Positions 39,050 to 49,500 of a stretch of 64,000 nt of DNA are shown piece after piece. The DNA comes from Deferribacterales bacterium (GTDB lineage Bacteria > Chrysiogenota > Deferribacteres > Deferribacterales > Geovibrionaceae). Location: contig JBFWMA010000006.1 of NCBI GenBank assembly GCA_050251875.1, positions 96,001 to 160,000 of the forward strand, in the 5' to 3' direction. The position numbers and the translations under genes were made by a program. Numbering within the stretch: position 1 is the stretch's first letter; the number at the start of each line of letters is the position of its first letter. The notes under the pieces were generated by a model. The model ran no database searches, was not told where the DNA came from, and was given only the letters and a program-made list of their open reading frames with translations.

Positions 39050-39861
39050 CAGAACCTCTTAGTTAAAGTAACCTTGTTACCTTTATCGTTGTATTTCACT
39101 TCATCGAAGTACATTCTGGTGATGAGAATACCTCTGCCGTGCAGTTTCAGAAGCCCTTCGGGATCTGTGGGATCGGGAAGTGTATTCACGTCAAAACCGC
39201 TGCCTTCATCTTCTAAGACAAGAGTCATCTGCTCTTCGTTCACAACATAAGAGAAAGTGGCGTGTCTGGACATATATGTTTCGTTGCTCAGTCTTTCATT
39301 AACCAGATCATAATAGGTTCCGTTGTCTGTCGCCTCGAACTTCTCCTCTCCGGTGATGGCAAGGTTGCCGTGCTCAATGGCGTTGGTAAGCATCTCCGCC
39401 AGCCCCACACGCACCTTTTCCAGCGACTGAAAATTGAGAAAATAGACGAATTCTTTTGTAAGGGCATAGACAATGCGCTCAACGTTAAAAATGTCATTCT
39501 TCACCCGGAAGCATTTGCTGAGCTCCACAGGCGTCACGGAAGCCACGCTCGCCTCAAAGCATCCGTTGTGAACAACGGAATCGATAAGCTGTCTCAGGTG
39601 GATATACTGAAAGCAGGAGGGAAGCAGGATGTACTCGTGTGACTTCTTCACATTGTCAGAAATAAGGCAGACGGGGATATCCTTAATCCCGTCAATAACT
39701 GTTTTATCTTGTCTGTCAGTAATATAAAGAACTGTCGCCACATCATACTCAAAGGAGTCAGTGGATGCCAGATTCTCCATCTGAAACCGTTCCAGCTGAC
39801 AAAAGTCCGCTACCTTTTCCAAGAGGTTGCTATCATTAATAAAACATGTTATTTTTTTCAT
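39049..39861 (-). CDS. RsbW-like HATPase_c protein kinase with N-terminal domain
   Basis: EMLTNAIEHGN (N box), EDEGSGF (G1), HGRG (G2), YNDKGN. Confidence 0.82.
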   Translation of the reverse strand: MKKITCFINDSNLLEKVADFCQLERFQMENLASTDSFEYDVATVLYITDRQDKTVIDGIKDIPVCLISDNVKKSHEYILLPSCFQYIHLRQLIDSVVHNGCFEASVASVTPVELSKCFRVKNDIFNVERIVYALTKEFVYFLNFQSLEKVRVGLAEMLTNAIEHGNLAITGEEKFEATDNGTYYDLVNERLSNETYMSRHATFSYVVNEEQMTLVLEDEGSGFDVNTLPDPTDPEGLLKLHGRGILITRMYFDEVKYNDKGNKVTLTKRF

Positions 39862-39899
39862 GGTCTCATTATACCACAAAGATTTTCTATAGGTCAACG

Positions 39900-41318
39900 A
39901 TGTTACTGAATAAAGAAATATTCCGCAGCTATGATATAAGAGGGGTTTACGGTGATCACCTCACCGAAAGCCTCGCCGAATCCGTCTCCTATGTTTTCGC
40001 CGTCCGTGTTTTTGAGGAAACGGGTAAAAATAACATAAGAATCTCGCTGGGCAGAGACATCCGTTTCTCATCATCTGACCTGCACAGAGGCGCTGTCAGA
40101 GGGCTTCTGAAGGCTGGAGCGGATGTGGTGGATCTGGGCGAATGTCCCTCACCTCTCACATATTTCAGCATGTATTCAGCGGACACTGACGGATATCTTA
40201 TGATAACCGGAAGCCACAACCCGCCCCAGTTCAACGGGCTTAAGGTTGGAACGAAAAACACCGTATATCACACCGACAAAATAGAGAGAATATACACCGA
40301 TATAGTCACCGATCTGAAAAGCCCTAAGACCGAACCGGGCTCTCTCTCGGAATATGACGTCATTTCTGACTATAAAGCATACATGACAGACCATTTCAGC
40401 GGTCTGAAAAACAGTATAAAAAAACTGGGCAGACCGCTCAGAATAGTTATAGACTGCGGCAGCGGTACGGCGTCCGGCATAGCTCCGGATATCTTTACCG
40501 CTCTGGGGGCGGATGTCCTGCCCCTGTACTGTGTTCCGGACGGCAGCTTCCCCGGACACCACCCCGACCCCACAGTGGAAAAAAACATGAGAGAGGCGAA
40601 AGACCTGCTCATCAGAAAATCCGCGGACATGGCGGTGGGATATGACGGAGACGCCGACCGTGTGGGCGCTCTGGACGACAAAGGACAGATGATCTGGGGA
40701 GATGAGCTGCTCTGCGTGCTCGCCGGCTCCATAGCGGAGAAACATAAAGGCGCCACAGTAGTGGCGGATGTGAAAGCCAGCAAGGGGCTTTATGAATATA
40801 TCAGCTCGATAGGAATGAACCCCGTGATGTACCGCTCCGGTCACTCTATGATAAAGGTGCGGATGAAAGAGCTTAAGGCGGTTCTGGGCGGAGAGATGAG
40901 CGCTCATATATTCTTTGCCGACAGATATTTCGGATTCGATGACGGGATATACGCCTCCCTGCGTCTGGTGGAAGCGTATGTCGAAGGACTGCTGAGCGGC
41001 AGATTCAGTGTGTCGTCCGACATGACGGCAGGAATACCGAAATACGTCAGCACGCCGGAGATCAGAGAGCCTTTTCCGGATGACAAAAAATTTGAAGTGC
41101 CTGAAAAGCTGAAAAACGTTTTCGCTGATTATAAAAAATACGGAATCATATCCGTAACGGACATAGACGGCGTCAGGGTGGAGTTCGAAAAAGGCTGGGC
41201 GCTGGTGCGTGCCAGCAACACGGAACCCCTGCTCGTCACCCGCTATGAGGCGGAAAATGAAAATGAACTCACACGCATAAGATCGCTCATAACTACAGAG
41301 CTGGATAAACTGAAATGA
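39900..41318 (+). CDS. Phosphomannomutase/phosphoglucomutase (AlgC-like)
   Basis: FRSYDIRG, ITGSHNP, DGDADR, GEMSAH, RASNTEP; ATG 39900. Confidence 0.93.
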   Translation: MLLNKEIFRSYDIRGVYGDHLTESLAESVSYVFAVRVFEETGKNNIRISLGRDIRFSSSDLHRGAVRGLLKAGADVVDLGECPSPLTYFSMYSADTDGYLMITGSHNPPQFNGLKVGTKNTVYHTDKIERIYTDIVTDLKSPKTEPGSLSEYDVISDYKAYMTDHFSGLKNSIKKLGRPLRIVIDCGSGTASGIAPDIFTALGADVLPLYCVPDGSFPGHHPDPTVEKNMREAKDLLIRKSADMAVGYDGDADRVGALDDKGQMIWGDELLCVLAGSIAEKHKGATVVADVKASKGLYEYISSIGMNPVMYRSGHSMIKVRMKELKAVLGGEMSAHIFFADRYFGFDDGIYASLRLVEAYVEGLLSGRFSVSSDMTAGIPKYVSTPEIREPFPDDKKFEVPEKLKNVFADYKKYGIISVTDIDGVRVEFEKGWALVRASNTEPLLVTRYEAENENELTRIRSLITTELDKLK

Positions 41319-42373
41319 TAACAAGAAAAACAACAAAACAGATAACCGTCGGCAGCGTAAAGATAGGCGGGGACGCCCCCGTATCTATCCAGTCCATGAC
41401 AAACACAGACACCCGTGACGTGGAGGCGACCACAGCCCAGATACACAGGCTGGAGGAAGCCGGATGCGAGATAGTCAGGCTTGCCGTGGTGGACGAGGAA
41501 GCGGCGAAGGCTTTCAGACCTATCAAAGACAGAATAAAAATACCTATGATAGCCGATATCCATTTCGACTATAAACTCGCCATAATGGCGATGGAAAACG
41601 GAGCGGACGCCATCCGCATCAACCCCGGAAACATAGGGTCAAAAGACAAGGTGAAGGCTGTGGTGGACGCCGCAAAAGCCCACAAATGCTCCATGAGAAT
41701 AGGCGTCAACGCAGGCTCTCTGGAAAAAGACCTGCTGAAAAAATACGGCATATGTGCAAATTCACTTGTCTTATCAGCCAGAAACCATATAAACCATATA
41801 GAGTCATTAGGTTTTTCCGACATAAAGATCAGTCTGAAGGCAAGCAGCGTTCCGCTGACATATCAGGCATATCAATTATTTTCTCAAAGCTCGGACTATC
41901 CTCTGCATATTGGCGTGACAGAGGCCGGTACATTTTTCGCCGGAACAGTGAAATCAGCCGCCGGAATAGGCGCTCTGCTGCTTTCAGGAATCGGCGACAC
42001 GCTCAGAGTGTCACTCACAGGCGACCCTGTGGAAGAGGTTCGTGTGGGATGGCAGCTTCTGAACGCTCTGGAGATACGCAGAAGAGGTCCGGAGATAATC
42101 TCCTGCCCCACCTGCGGACGCACAGAGATAGACATGGTTTCGCTGGCGGAGAGAGTGGAATCCCTCTCATCCGGCTTTCAGTCTACCATCAGCATAGCGG
42201 TCATGGGATGCCCCGTGAACGGACCCGGAGAGGCGAAGCACGCGGACTACGGCATAGCCGGAGGCAGGGGGCAGGGAATCATCTTCAAAAAGGGTCAGGT
42301 GGTGAAAAAAGTGAAAGAGAGTGAGCTGATCGGCGAATTTTTTGACCTGCTGAAGAGCGATGGTGTCAAATAA
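41315..42373 (+). CDS. ispG: (E)-4-hydroxy-3-methylbut-2-enyl-diphosphate synthase
   Basis: QSMTNT, ADIHF, RINPGN, HIGVTEAG, SCPTCGR, MGCPVNGPGE. Confidence 0.97.
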   Translation: MITRKTTKQITVGSVKIGGDAPVSIQSMTNTDTRDVEATTAQIHRLEEAGCEIVRLAVVDEEAAKAFRPIKDRIKIPMIADIHFDYKLAIMAMENGADAIRINPGNIGSKDKVKAVVDAAKAHKCSMRIGVNAGSLEKDLLKKYGICANSLVLSARNHINHIESLGFSDIKISLKASSVPLTYQAYQLFSQSSDYPLHIGVTEAGTFFAGTVKSAAGIGALLLSGIGDTLRVSLTGDPVEEVRVGWQLLNALEIRRRGPEIISCPTCGRTEIDMVSLAERVESLSSGFQSTISIAVMGCPVNGPGEAKHADYGIAGGRGQGIIFKKGQVVKKVKESELIGEFFDLLKSDGVK

Positions 42374-42432
42374 CCGTGTTTTTATGAAAATGTTACTATA
42401 TAATCTATCATAATTATTTTAAGGAGCCTGAT

Positions 42433-43098
42433 GTGAGCATCGCTGAACATTTATCCGGAATTACCATTTTTGAAACAGTTGAAACAGATGAGCTGGAAAG
42501 GCTCGCCAGCTTCTGCAAGCTGAAAAAATTTGTAAAAGACGAAGTGGTCTTTCACAAAGGTGATCAGGGAACCGACATGTACGCCATTATATCCGGCGCT
42601 TTTCGTGTGGTTCTGATAGACGGAAACGGAGACGAGATCATCCTCTCCATAGTAAAACCCGGAAACATAGTAGGCGAACTCAGTATGATAGACGGTCTGG
42701 GACGCACAGGCACACTCGTTGCCGATGAGCCCTCCGAGATGGTTCTCATACCCAGAAAAGCATTCAACGAACTTCTGCATAAAAACTTCAGCGTGTCTCT
42801 GTATCTGCTGGAGATTCTTTCCGAACGCCTCAGAAAAGCTGACGAGCTGATAGAATCCCTCGCTTTTCTCAATGTTAAGGAGAGGATAGTAAAATTCTTC
42901 TTAGACAGTGTGGAGGAAGGACAGGAACCCCAGAACGGATACTATTCAGTGAGAAAATATACCCATCAGGAGCTTTCAAACATGATAGGCGCCTCCCGTG
43001 AGTCAGTGACGAAATGTCTTAAGATTCTCACGCTGGAAGGAACCATTAAGCCGAAAGAAGACTGCCTCATGGTGAAGGAAGCTACTGTTCTTTACTGA
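42433..43098 (+). CDS. Crp/Fnr-family regulator
   Basis: cNMP domain GELS...RT; HTH THQELSNMIGASRESVT. Confidence 0.93.
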   Translation: MSIAEHLSGITIFETVETDELERLASFCKLKKFVKDEVVFHKGDQGTDMYAIISGAFRVVLIDGNGDEIILSIVKPGNIVGELSMIDGLGRTGTLVADEPSEMVLIPRKAFNELLHKNFSVSLYLLEILSERLRKADELIESLAFLNVKERIVKFFLDSVEEGQEPQNGYYSVRKYTHQELSNMIGASRESVTKCLKILTLEGTIKPKEDCLMVKEATVLY

Positions 43099-43261
43099 TC
43101 TTCTTTTCTAAAAACATCAGACATTCGTGCCCGGTGGACTGAAAAACCCTGAGAGAAGGCAGGGAAGCGGTTTTGAACCCCATCGCCCTGCATCCGTAAG
43201 GATATTTCTTATCCCATGTGATGTAATAATGTTCGCACTTCCGGCAGTTAATCCTTTTCAA
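43082..43261 (-). CDS. 59-aa four-cysteine small protein missed by the ORF track
   Basis: TTG 43261 with SD GGAG; MKRINCRKCEHYYITWDKKYPYGCRAMGFKTASLPSLRVFQSTGHECLMFLEKKISKEQ; resembles a conserved small family (CxxC..YITWD..PxGC..GFK..PS..G..C). Confidence 0.75.
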   Translation of the reverse strand: MKRINCRKCEHYYITWDKKYPYGCRAMGFKTASLPSLRVFQSTGHECLMFLEKKISKEQ

Positions 43262-43326
43262 TTGCTCAATCTCCGAATATGATGATAAGTATATAATTAA
43301 TATTTTATTATTGGAAGAGGATTAAG

Positions 43327-45264
43327 ATGTTTGTAAATTACCGTCCCGATATTTTATCAACCGCCAGATCCGAAATGGATTCCATCCTGTCAGAAAACAG
43401 GGAAAACCTCAATAAACTGCTTAATATCAAAGATAAAACATATATCAGCTTTATCCGCCCCATGATGGATATGGACATGCGTATAGCGGAGTTTTTCACC
43501 CCTGTGTCCCATATCAACTTCGTGAACAACACGGAAGAGACTCAGGAAGTCTATAACTACTGCCTGCCCGAAATCACCAGATATGCCACAGAGATAGGAC
43601 AGAACAGAGATGTGTATGAAGCGGTTCTCTCGGTGTATGAAAAAGAGAAAAACACGCTGGACAAAACCCAGCTGAAGACTCTGGATAATATGCTCAAGGG
43701 ATTCCGCCTGTCCGGCGTTCATCTGGACGATGACAAAAAAGCCAGGCTGATGGACATCAACATGGAACTGAACAAACTCAGCACGGACTATGCTCAGAAT
43801 GTAATGAAGGATACTGATGCCTTCGAGATAATCATAGAAGACCCGAAAGACGTGGAGGGCATCCCCGAACCCGACCTGAAAGCCGCCAAATGCGACAAAG
43901 GCTGGAGATTCACTCTGAAAATGCCCAGCTACATAGCGTACATGACCTACGGCGTGAACAGAGACATCAGAGAACAGCTCTATAAGGCATACTGCACCAG
44001 AGCGCCCCAGAATGCGGATCTGATAGAACAGACGCTGAAACTGCGCAAAGAAAAGGCGCAGATTCTGGGATTTAAAAGATACGCCGACCTGTCGCTGGAA
44101 AGGAAGAACGCCGACAGCCCGGAAACAGTGCTCAGTTTTCTCACAGACCTCACAGGAAAAGCCAGAAAACAGGCTGAATCTGAAGTGGAGAAGCTGAAAA
44201 AAGCCTCCGGACTGAAAGATATCCAGAGCCACGACACCACATTTTACTCAGAAAAACTAAGACGCACTGAGTGCGGATACGATGAGCAGGCATACCGCCC
44301 ATATTTCGAGCAGGAGACAGTCGTCAGAGGACTCTTTGACTTCATATTCAGCCTGTTCGCGGTGGGATTCAGCAGAGCGGACGTGCCAGTATGGCATGAA
44401 AGCGTGAAGGCATACGACCTGTTCAAAAACGGCGAAATATTCGCCCGCATATACCTCGATCTCGAGTTCCGCAACGGCAAACGTGACGGAGCATGGATGA
44501 ACGACTGGCAGACCAGACACATAGACGCTATGGGCAGGGTGAGACCGGCTACGGCTCTCATCTGCGCCAATTTTCCTCAGTCAACGCCTGAGAACCCCTC
44601 TCTGCTGCGCCACAGCGATGTCGTGACGCTGTTCCACGAGATGGGTCACGCTCTGCACCATCTGCTGTCTGACGTGAACGAGGCGGATGTCAGCGGGGTA
44701 AACGGAGTGGAGTGGGACGTGATAGAGTTCCCGTCACAGTTTCTGGAACTTTTCGCATACAGCCGTGAGGTTCTGAGAATGTTCGCCAGACACCACGAAA
44801 CAGGCGAAGTTCTGACAGAAGAAATGATAGACAAGCTGGACTGCGTGCGCACCTTCATGTCCGCCAGCGCCATGATGCGCCAGCTGGAGTTCGGCACATT
44901 CGACATTCTGATACACGAGGAAGCCTACAGCGCGGAAGACGTCCAGAAGATTCTGGATGGCGTGCGCCAAAAAACCTCCATCATCGTTCCGCCGTCATAC
45001 AACAGATTCCAGAACAGCTTCAGCCACATCTTCGCCGGAGGATACGGCGCCGGATACTACAGCTATAAATGGGCGGAAAGACTGTCATGCGATGCCTACA
45101 GCATTTTTGAAAAGCACGGCGTGTTTCACCGTGAGACAGGAGAGAGCTTTCTGAACAATGTGCTGAGCAAGGGCGGATCGGGAGACATGATAGAGTTCTT
45201 CAGAACATTCGCCGGAAGAGAACCCGACAACACTGCCCTTCTGACAGTCAACGGAATAAAATAG
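43327..45264 (+). CDS. prlC: M3A oligopeptidase (oligopeptidase A)
   Basis: LFHEMGHALH, VEWDVIEFPSQ, FSHIFAGGY.AGYYSYKWAE. Confidence 0.93.
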   Translation: MFVNYRPDILSTARSEMDSILSENRENLNKLLNIKDKTYISFIRPMMDMDMRIAEFFTPVSHINFVNNTEETQEVYNYCLPEITRYATEIGQNRDVYEAVLSVYEKEKNTLDKTQLKTLDNMLKGFRLSGVHLDDDKKARLMDINMELNKLSTDYAQNVMKDTDAFEIIIEDPKDVEGIPEPDLKAAKCDKGWRFTLKMPSYIAYMTYGVNRDIREQLYKAYCTRAPQNADLIEQTLKLRKEKAQILGFKRYADLSLERKNADSPETVLSFLTDLTGKARKQAESEVEKLKKASGLKDIQSHDTTFYSEKLRRTECGYDEQAYRPYFEQETVVRGLFDFIFSLFAVGFSRADVPVWHESVKAYDLFKNGEIFARIYLDLEFRNGKRDGAWMNDWQTRHIDAMGRVRPATALICANFPQSTPENPSLLRHSDVVTLFHEMGHALHHLLSDVNEADVSGVNGVEWDVIEFPSQFLELFAYSREVLRMFARHHETGEVLTEEMIDKLDCVRTFMSASAMMRQLEFGTFDILIHEEAYSAEDVQKILDGVRQKTSIIVPPSYNRFQNSFSHIFAGGYGAGYYSYKWAERLSCDAYSIFEKHGVFHRETGESFLNNVLSKGGSGDMIEFFRTFAGREPDNTALLTVNGIK

Positions 45265-45274
45265 AGAGAAACAA

Positions 45275-45375
45275 AACCACAGGAAGTGGTTCGTGGAGCG
45301 TCAGCGTAACGTGAGTGTAGTGAGGGCTTAGCCCGAATGAAGCGGTATCAGAAATTTTCCACGGACGGAAAATTT
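45275..45375. repeat. Structured ~100-bp element with three hairpins
   Basis: AACCAC-AGGAA-GTGGTT, GGGCT-T-AGCCC, AAATTTTCC-ACGGAC-GGAAAATTT. Confidence 0.45.
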
Positions 45376-45391
45376 ATGCAAAATAAAATTG

Positions 45392-45411
45392 AGGCGGTCT
45401 GTTGACCGCCT
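45392..45411. terminator. Terminator-like hairpin between convergent genes
   Basis: AGGCGGTC-TGTT-GACCGCCT followed by TATTATTTT. Confidence 0.75.
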
Positions 45412-45422
45412 TATTATTTTAC

Positions 45423-46439
45423 TTATATGCACTTGTCCGGAATCGGGAAATCGATATCGAACAGCGCCCAGGAGTCTTTAACGTATTTAAACGCTTTCTG
45501 CACCTGCTCGCTGTCATAGAAATCCTTGTCATAATCCTCGAACTCGAAGAAAGAAGTGTCTTCCAGCCTCTGACCTATTTTTCTGAACTCAAAGAGCTCG
45601 TTCAGATATTTTGTCATAGACTCGCCATAGGGCACGACTGTGATTCTGCCCACGGGTCTGCACTCTCTGATTATGGATGAATAGAGGTTCGCCCACATTG
45701 TGGTTACCTCTATGTGATCTTCACGGGTGATCTCTTTGCCTGTGCCTTTTGTCAGAGCGATGGCGCCGGGGTGGCGCACGGTAACGAGATATTCGGCTCT
45801 GTCGGCGAAGAGGAAGTTAAGCAGTTTCACAGAGTATGACAGAGGGGTGCTTTTCAGGAAAACGTGCTCCTTGTCTGTCGCCTCACGGTTCACATATGTG
45901 AGAAACTGGCACAGCTCGAACAGCAGGTTGTTGAAGTTCCAGGGCAGTCTCCAGCCCATGTCATATTCGACATAGGGGTTGTTCTGAACAAAAATAGCGT
46001 TGGGCATGTAGTTGTGTGTCATGGACACCAGAAGTTTGTTCCATTCCCATCCGTATGCGCTGGAAGCGGCGTTGTATATTGTTGTTCCGCCTGTTCTGGG
46101 CATACCCAGAATGAAGTGAAACTTTTTACCTGCGATATAGGGTCTGATGATGTCGGCGTTTCCGCTCATGATTCCCTGAAACAGCCTGACGGCTTCTTTC
46201 AGAAAATCGTCCATTTTTTCAACGTATTCTTTTGTTCCTTCCGCCTTCTGCACCTGCTCAGCGTGCTTCTTGCGCATGGCTGCCATGGTTTCGAGATTCT
46301 GATTCTCTCCTGTGACTACTTCCCATGTCTCAGCCGGATCAATCCCAGCGGCGTATTCCATAGCGCCTCTGGATATTGCTACGTCCATAGTGGTGTTGAG
46401 CTTTATAGTTCTGGGATTATTTTTCTTTTTTTCGGTCAT
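45423..46439 (-). CDS. Sulfotransferase-fold (P-loop) protein
   Basis: FILGMPRTGGT resembles the 5'-PSB loop, FLKSTP, and VTVRHP resembles the 3'-PB motif; start 46439 or 46466. Confidence 0.6.
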   Translation of the reverse strand: MTEKKKNNPRTIKLNTTMDVAISRGAMEYAAGIDPAETWEVVTGENQNLETMAAMRKKHAEQVQKAEGTKEYVEKMDDFLKEAVRLFQGIMSGNADIIRPYIAGKKFHFILGMPRTGGTTIYNAASSAYGWEWNKLLVSMTHNYMPNAIFVQNNPYVEYDMGWRLPWNFNNLLFELCQFLTYVNREATDKEHVFLKSTPLSYSVKLLNFLFADRAEYLVTVRHPGAIALTKGTGKEITREDHIEVTTMWANLYSSIIRECRPVGRITVVPYGESMTKYLNELFEFRKIGQRLEDTSFFEFEDYDKDFYDSEQVQKAFKYVKDSWALFDIDFPIPDKCI

Positions 46440-46576
46440 GCTAAATCCTTTAGTTTTTGTGCGCAATCTTATACTTTCCGGTGCGCAATATCAATACATT
46501 TTTGGTGTTTCAGGCTTTATAAATCTTTACACCAGTAAATGTTTGAGATAAAAATGGAGCACACAAGGAGACACCG

Positions 46577-49500
46577 ATGTTCAAAAATTTCGCTGAAGGC
46601 AGAATTATTCTTTTTGACGGGGCTATGGGCACGTCTATTCAGAAATATGACATAAACGAAGACGTCTGGCAGGGATACGGCGGGTGCAGTGAATGGCTGA
46701 ACTTTGCCGCTCCGCACATCATTCAGGAGATACACGAACAGTATCTTCAGGCGGGAGCCGATGTGGTGGAGACCAACACGTTCGGCGGAACCGAGCTGGT
46801 GATGTCCGAGTACAACCTTCAGGACAGAACATATGAACTGAACCTTCTGGGTGCGCAGATAGCCAGACGAGCCGCCGATAAATACGGCAGATTCGCCGCC
46901 GGATCGATAGGACCGGGAACACGTCTGCCCAGCTTGGGACAGATTTCCTTCGATGAGCTTTACGACATGTACTACAAACAGGCTCAGGCTCTGCACGAGG
47001 GGGGTGTTGACCTCTTCATAGTGGAGACCTGTCAGGATCTTTTACAGATAAAAGCGGCTCTGAACGCCGTATTCACCCTGAAAAAAGACAAAAACTCCGA
47101 AGCCCCCGTGATGGTTTCCGTCACAGTGGAACAGAACGGAACCATGCTGATGGGAAGCGACCTGTCCGCCGTGGTGGCTGTCCTGCGTGACTACCCCCTC
47201 TTCTCCATAGGGCTTAACTGCGCCACGGGACCCGATCTGATGCACAACCCCGTGCACAACATAGCCAAAAACTATAAAGGCAGGATATCCTGTCTGCCCA
47301 ACGCCGGTCTGCCGGAGAACAAGGGCGGAAAAATGGTCTATTCCATGACTCCCGAGCACATGGCGGAGATAATGGACGGACTGGTGAAGGAATTCCCCGT
47401 GCATGTGCTGGGCGGATGCTGCGGCACAACACCCGACCACATTAGAGCCCTGCGCCCGGTGGCAGACAGAAACAAACCGAAAACACCTGAAGATATACCC
47501 TATGCCGGAGAGACAGCCAGTCTGTATTTCTCCACACCCATACAGCAGTCCCCCGCCCCCGCCCTCATAGGCGAACGTGCCAACGCCAACGGAAGCAAAG
47601 CCTTCAGAGAGCTCCTGCTGGCTGAGGATTTCGAGGGAATGCTCGCCGTGGCGAAGGAACAGGAAGAGACCGGAGCCCACTTCATAGACGCATGTGTGGC
47701 ATATGCCGGACGCAATGAGAAGGAAGACATGAAGCAGTTCATGCTTCTGCTGAACAAAACACTCACAGCCCCTGTGGTTATAGATTCCACAGAACCTGAT
47801 GTGGTGGAAACAGCTCTGAAAAACTACGCCGGAAAACCCATCATAAACTCAATAAACTTCGAAGACGGCGGCGCAAAACTGCACAAGCTGCTGTCCATAG
47901 TAAAAAATCATCCCTCAGCCGTCATCGCCCTCACCATAGACGAAGACGGAATGGCGATGACCGCAGAAAAGAAATTTGAGATCGCTGAGCGCATTTACAA
48001 AGTATTCACCGAAGAATACGGACTGAATCCCGAAGATCTGATCTTCGACCCGCTCACCTTCTCCATAGGCTCAGGCGACACCACGCTGACGATGGCGGCG
48101 GTGGAAACCCTGAACGCCATACGCATGATAAAAACCCGTCTGAAGGGCGCAAAAACCGTTCTGGGGCTGTCTAACATCTCCTTCGGACTGTCCGCCGCCA
48201 GCAGACCTCTGCTGAACTCCGTGTTTCTCCACGAAGCAGTGGCGGCAGGGCTGGACACGGCCATAGTCCACGCCTCCAAAGTGATTCCGGAGTCCATGAT
48301 AGACGCTGAGGATATAAAGTTCTGCAAGGCGCTTCTGGACGGCAAAGAGGGCGCTCTCTCCGCTTTCATAGAATATTTCGCCTCCAAAGAGGGCGAGGTG
48401 AAACAGGAAGAGGCGGTCAACCTGCCCCCGGACGAGATGCTGACACAGCAGATCATGAAAGGCAGAAAAGCGGGGCTTGATATCGTTCTGAACGATCTGA
48501 TGAAAATAATGAAGCCCATAGATATAATAAACAACCTGATGCTGCCCGCCATGCAGAAGGTGGGAGAACTGTTCGGAGCCGGAAAAATGCTCCTGCCGTT
48601 CGTTCTTCAGTCGGCTGAGACCATGAAGGCGGCAGTGAGCCTGCTGGAACCCTTTATGGAAAAGGACGATACCCAGACCAGAGGCACCATAGTGCTCGCC
48701 ACCGTGAAAGGAGACGTGCACGACATCGGAAAAAACCTGGTGGATATCATCCTTTCCAACAACGGCTTTCAGGTGTATAACCTCGGCATAAAAGTCCCCG
48801 TGGAAGAGATGATCCGCATGGCGATAGAGGTAAAGGCGGACGCCATCGGCATGAGCGGTCTGCTGGTGAAATCCACCAACATCATGCGTGACAACATAGA
48901 AGAGATGCAGAGACAGGGCATAGCCAAAAAGATTCTTCTGGGCGGCGCCGCTCTGACGGAAAAATTCGTCAACAACGACTGCAAACCTCTGATGCCCGGC
49001 ATGGTGCATTACTGCCGTGACGCCTTCGACGCTCTGAAAGTTCTGGGCGGAGAGGAGGGAGCCAAAGCCCCCGAAAAACCCATGAAAGAAGCGAAACCGA
49101 AAGCTGTCAGAGTGAAGCAGCCGACCCACGACCAAAACGTTCCATGCGTGCCGTTCACAGGCGCCAGAACCGTAACCGGCATAGACATCGACTCCGTTCT
49201 CGAATACATGAACAAACTGGCGCTCTTCGGACACAGATGGGGCTACAGCAAAAAAGACATGCCCGAAAGCGAATACAGCAAAATGCTGAGAGAAACCGTA
49301 TACCCCGAATACGAACACATAGTAAAAAGGGTGAAGGAGGAGGGACTGGTATCACTCTCCGCCAGATACGGATATTTTTACTGCAACAGTGACGGGTGCG
49401 ATCTGAAAATATACAAAGGCGATACTGACGAGATACTCACCACGTTCAGCTTTCCCAGACAGGGAATAGACGGCGGTGTTTGTCTGGCGGACTATTTTCT

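Noticed and set aside
43100..43260. Possible 6S RNA or other ncRNA between crp and prlC
   Set aside because: Better explained by the minus-strand 59-aa Cys4 ORF with SD.
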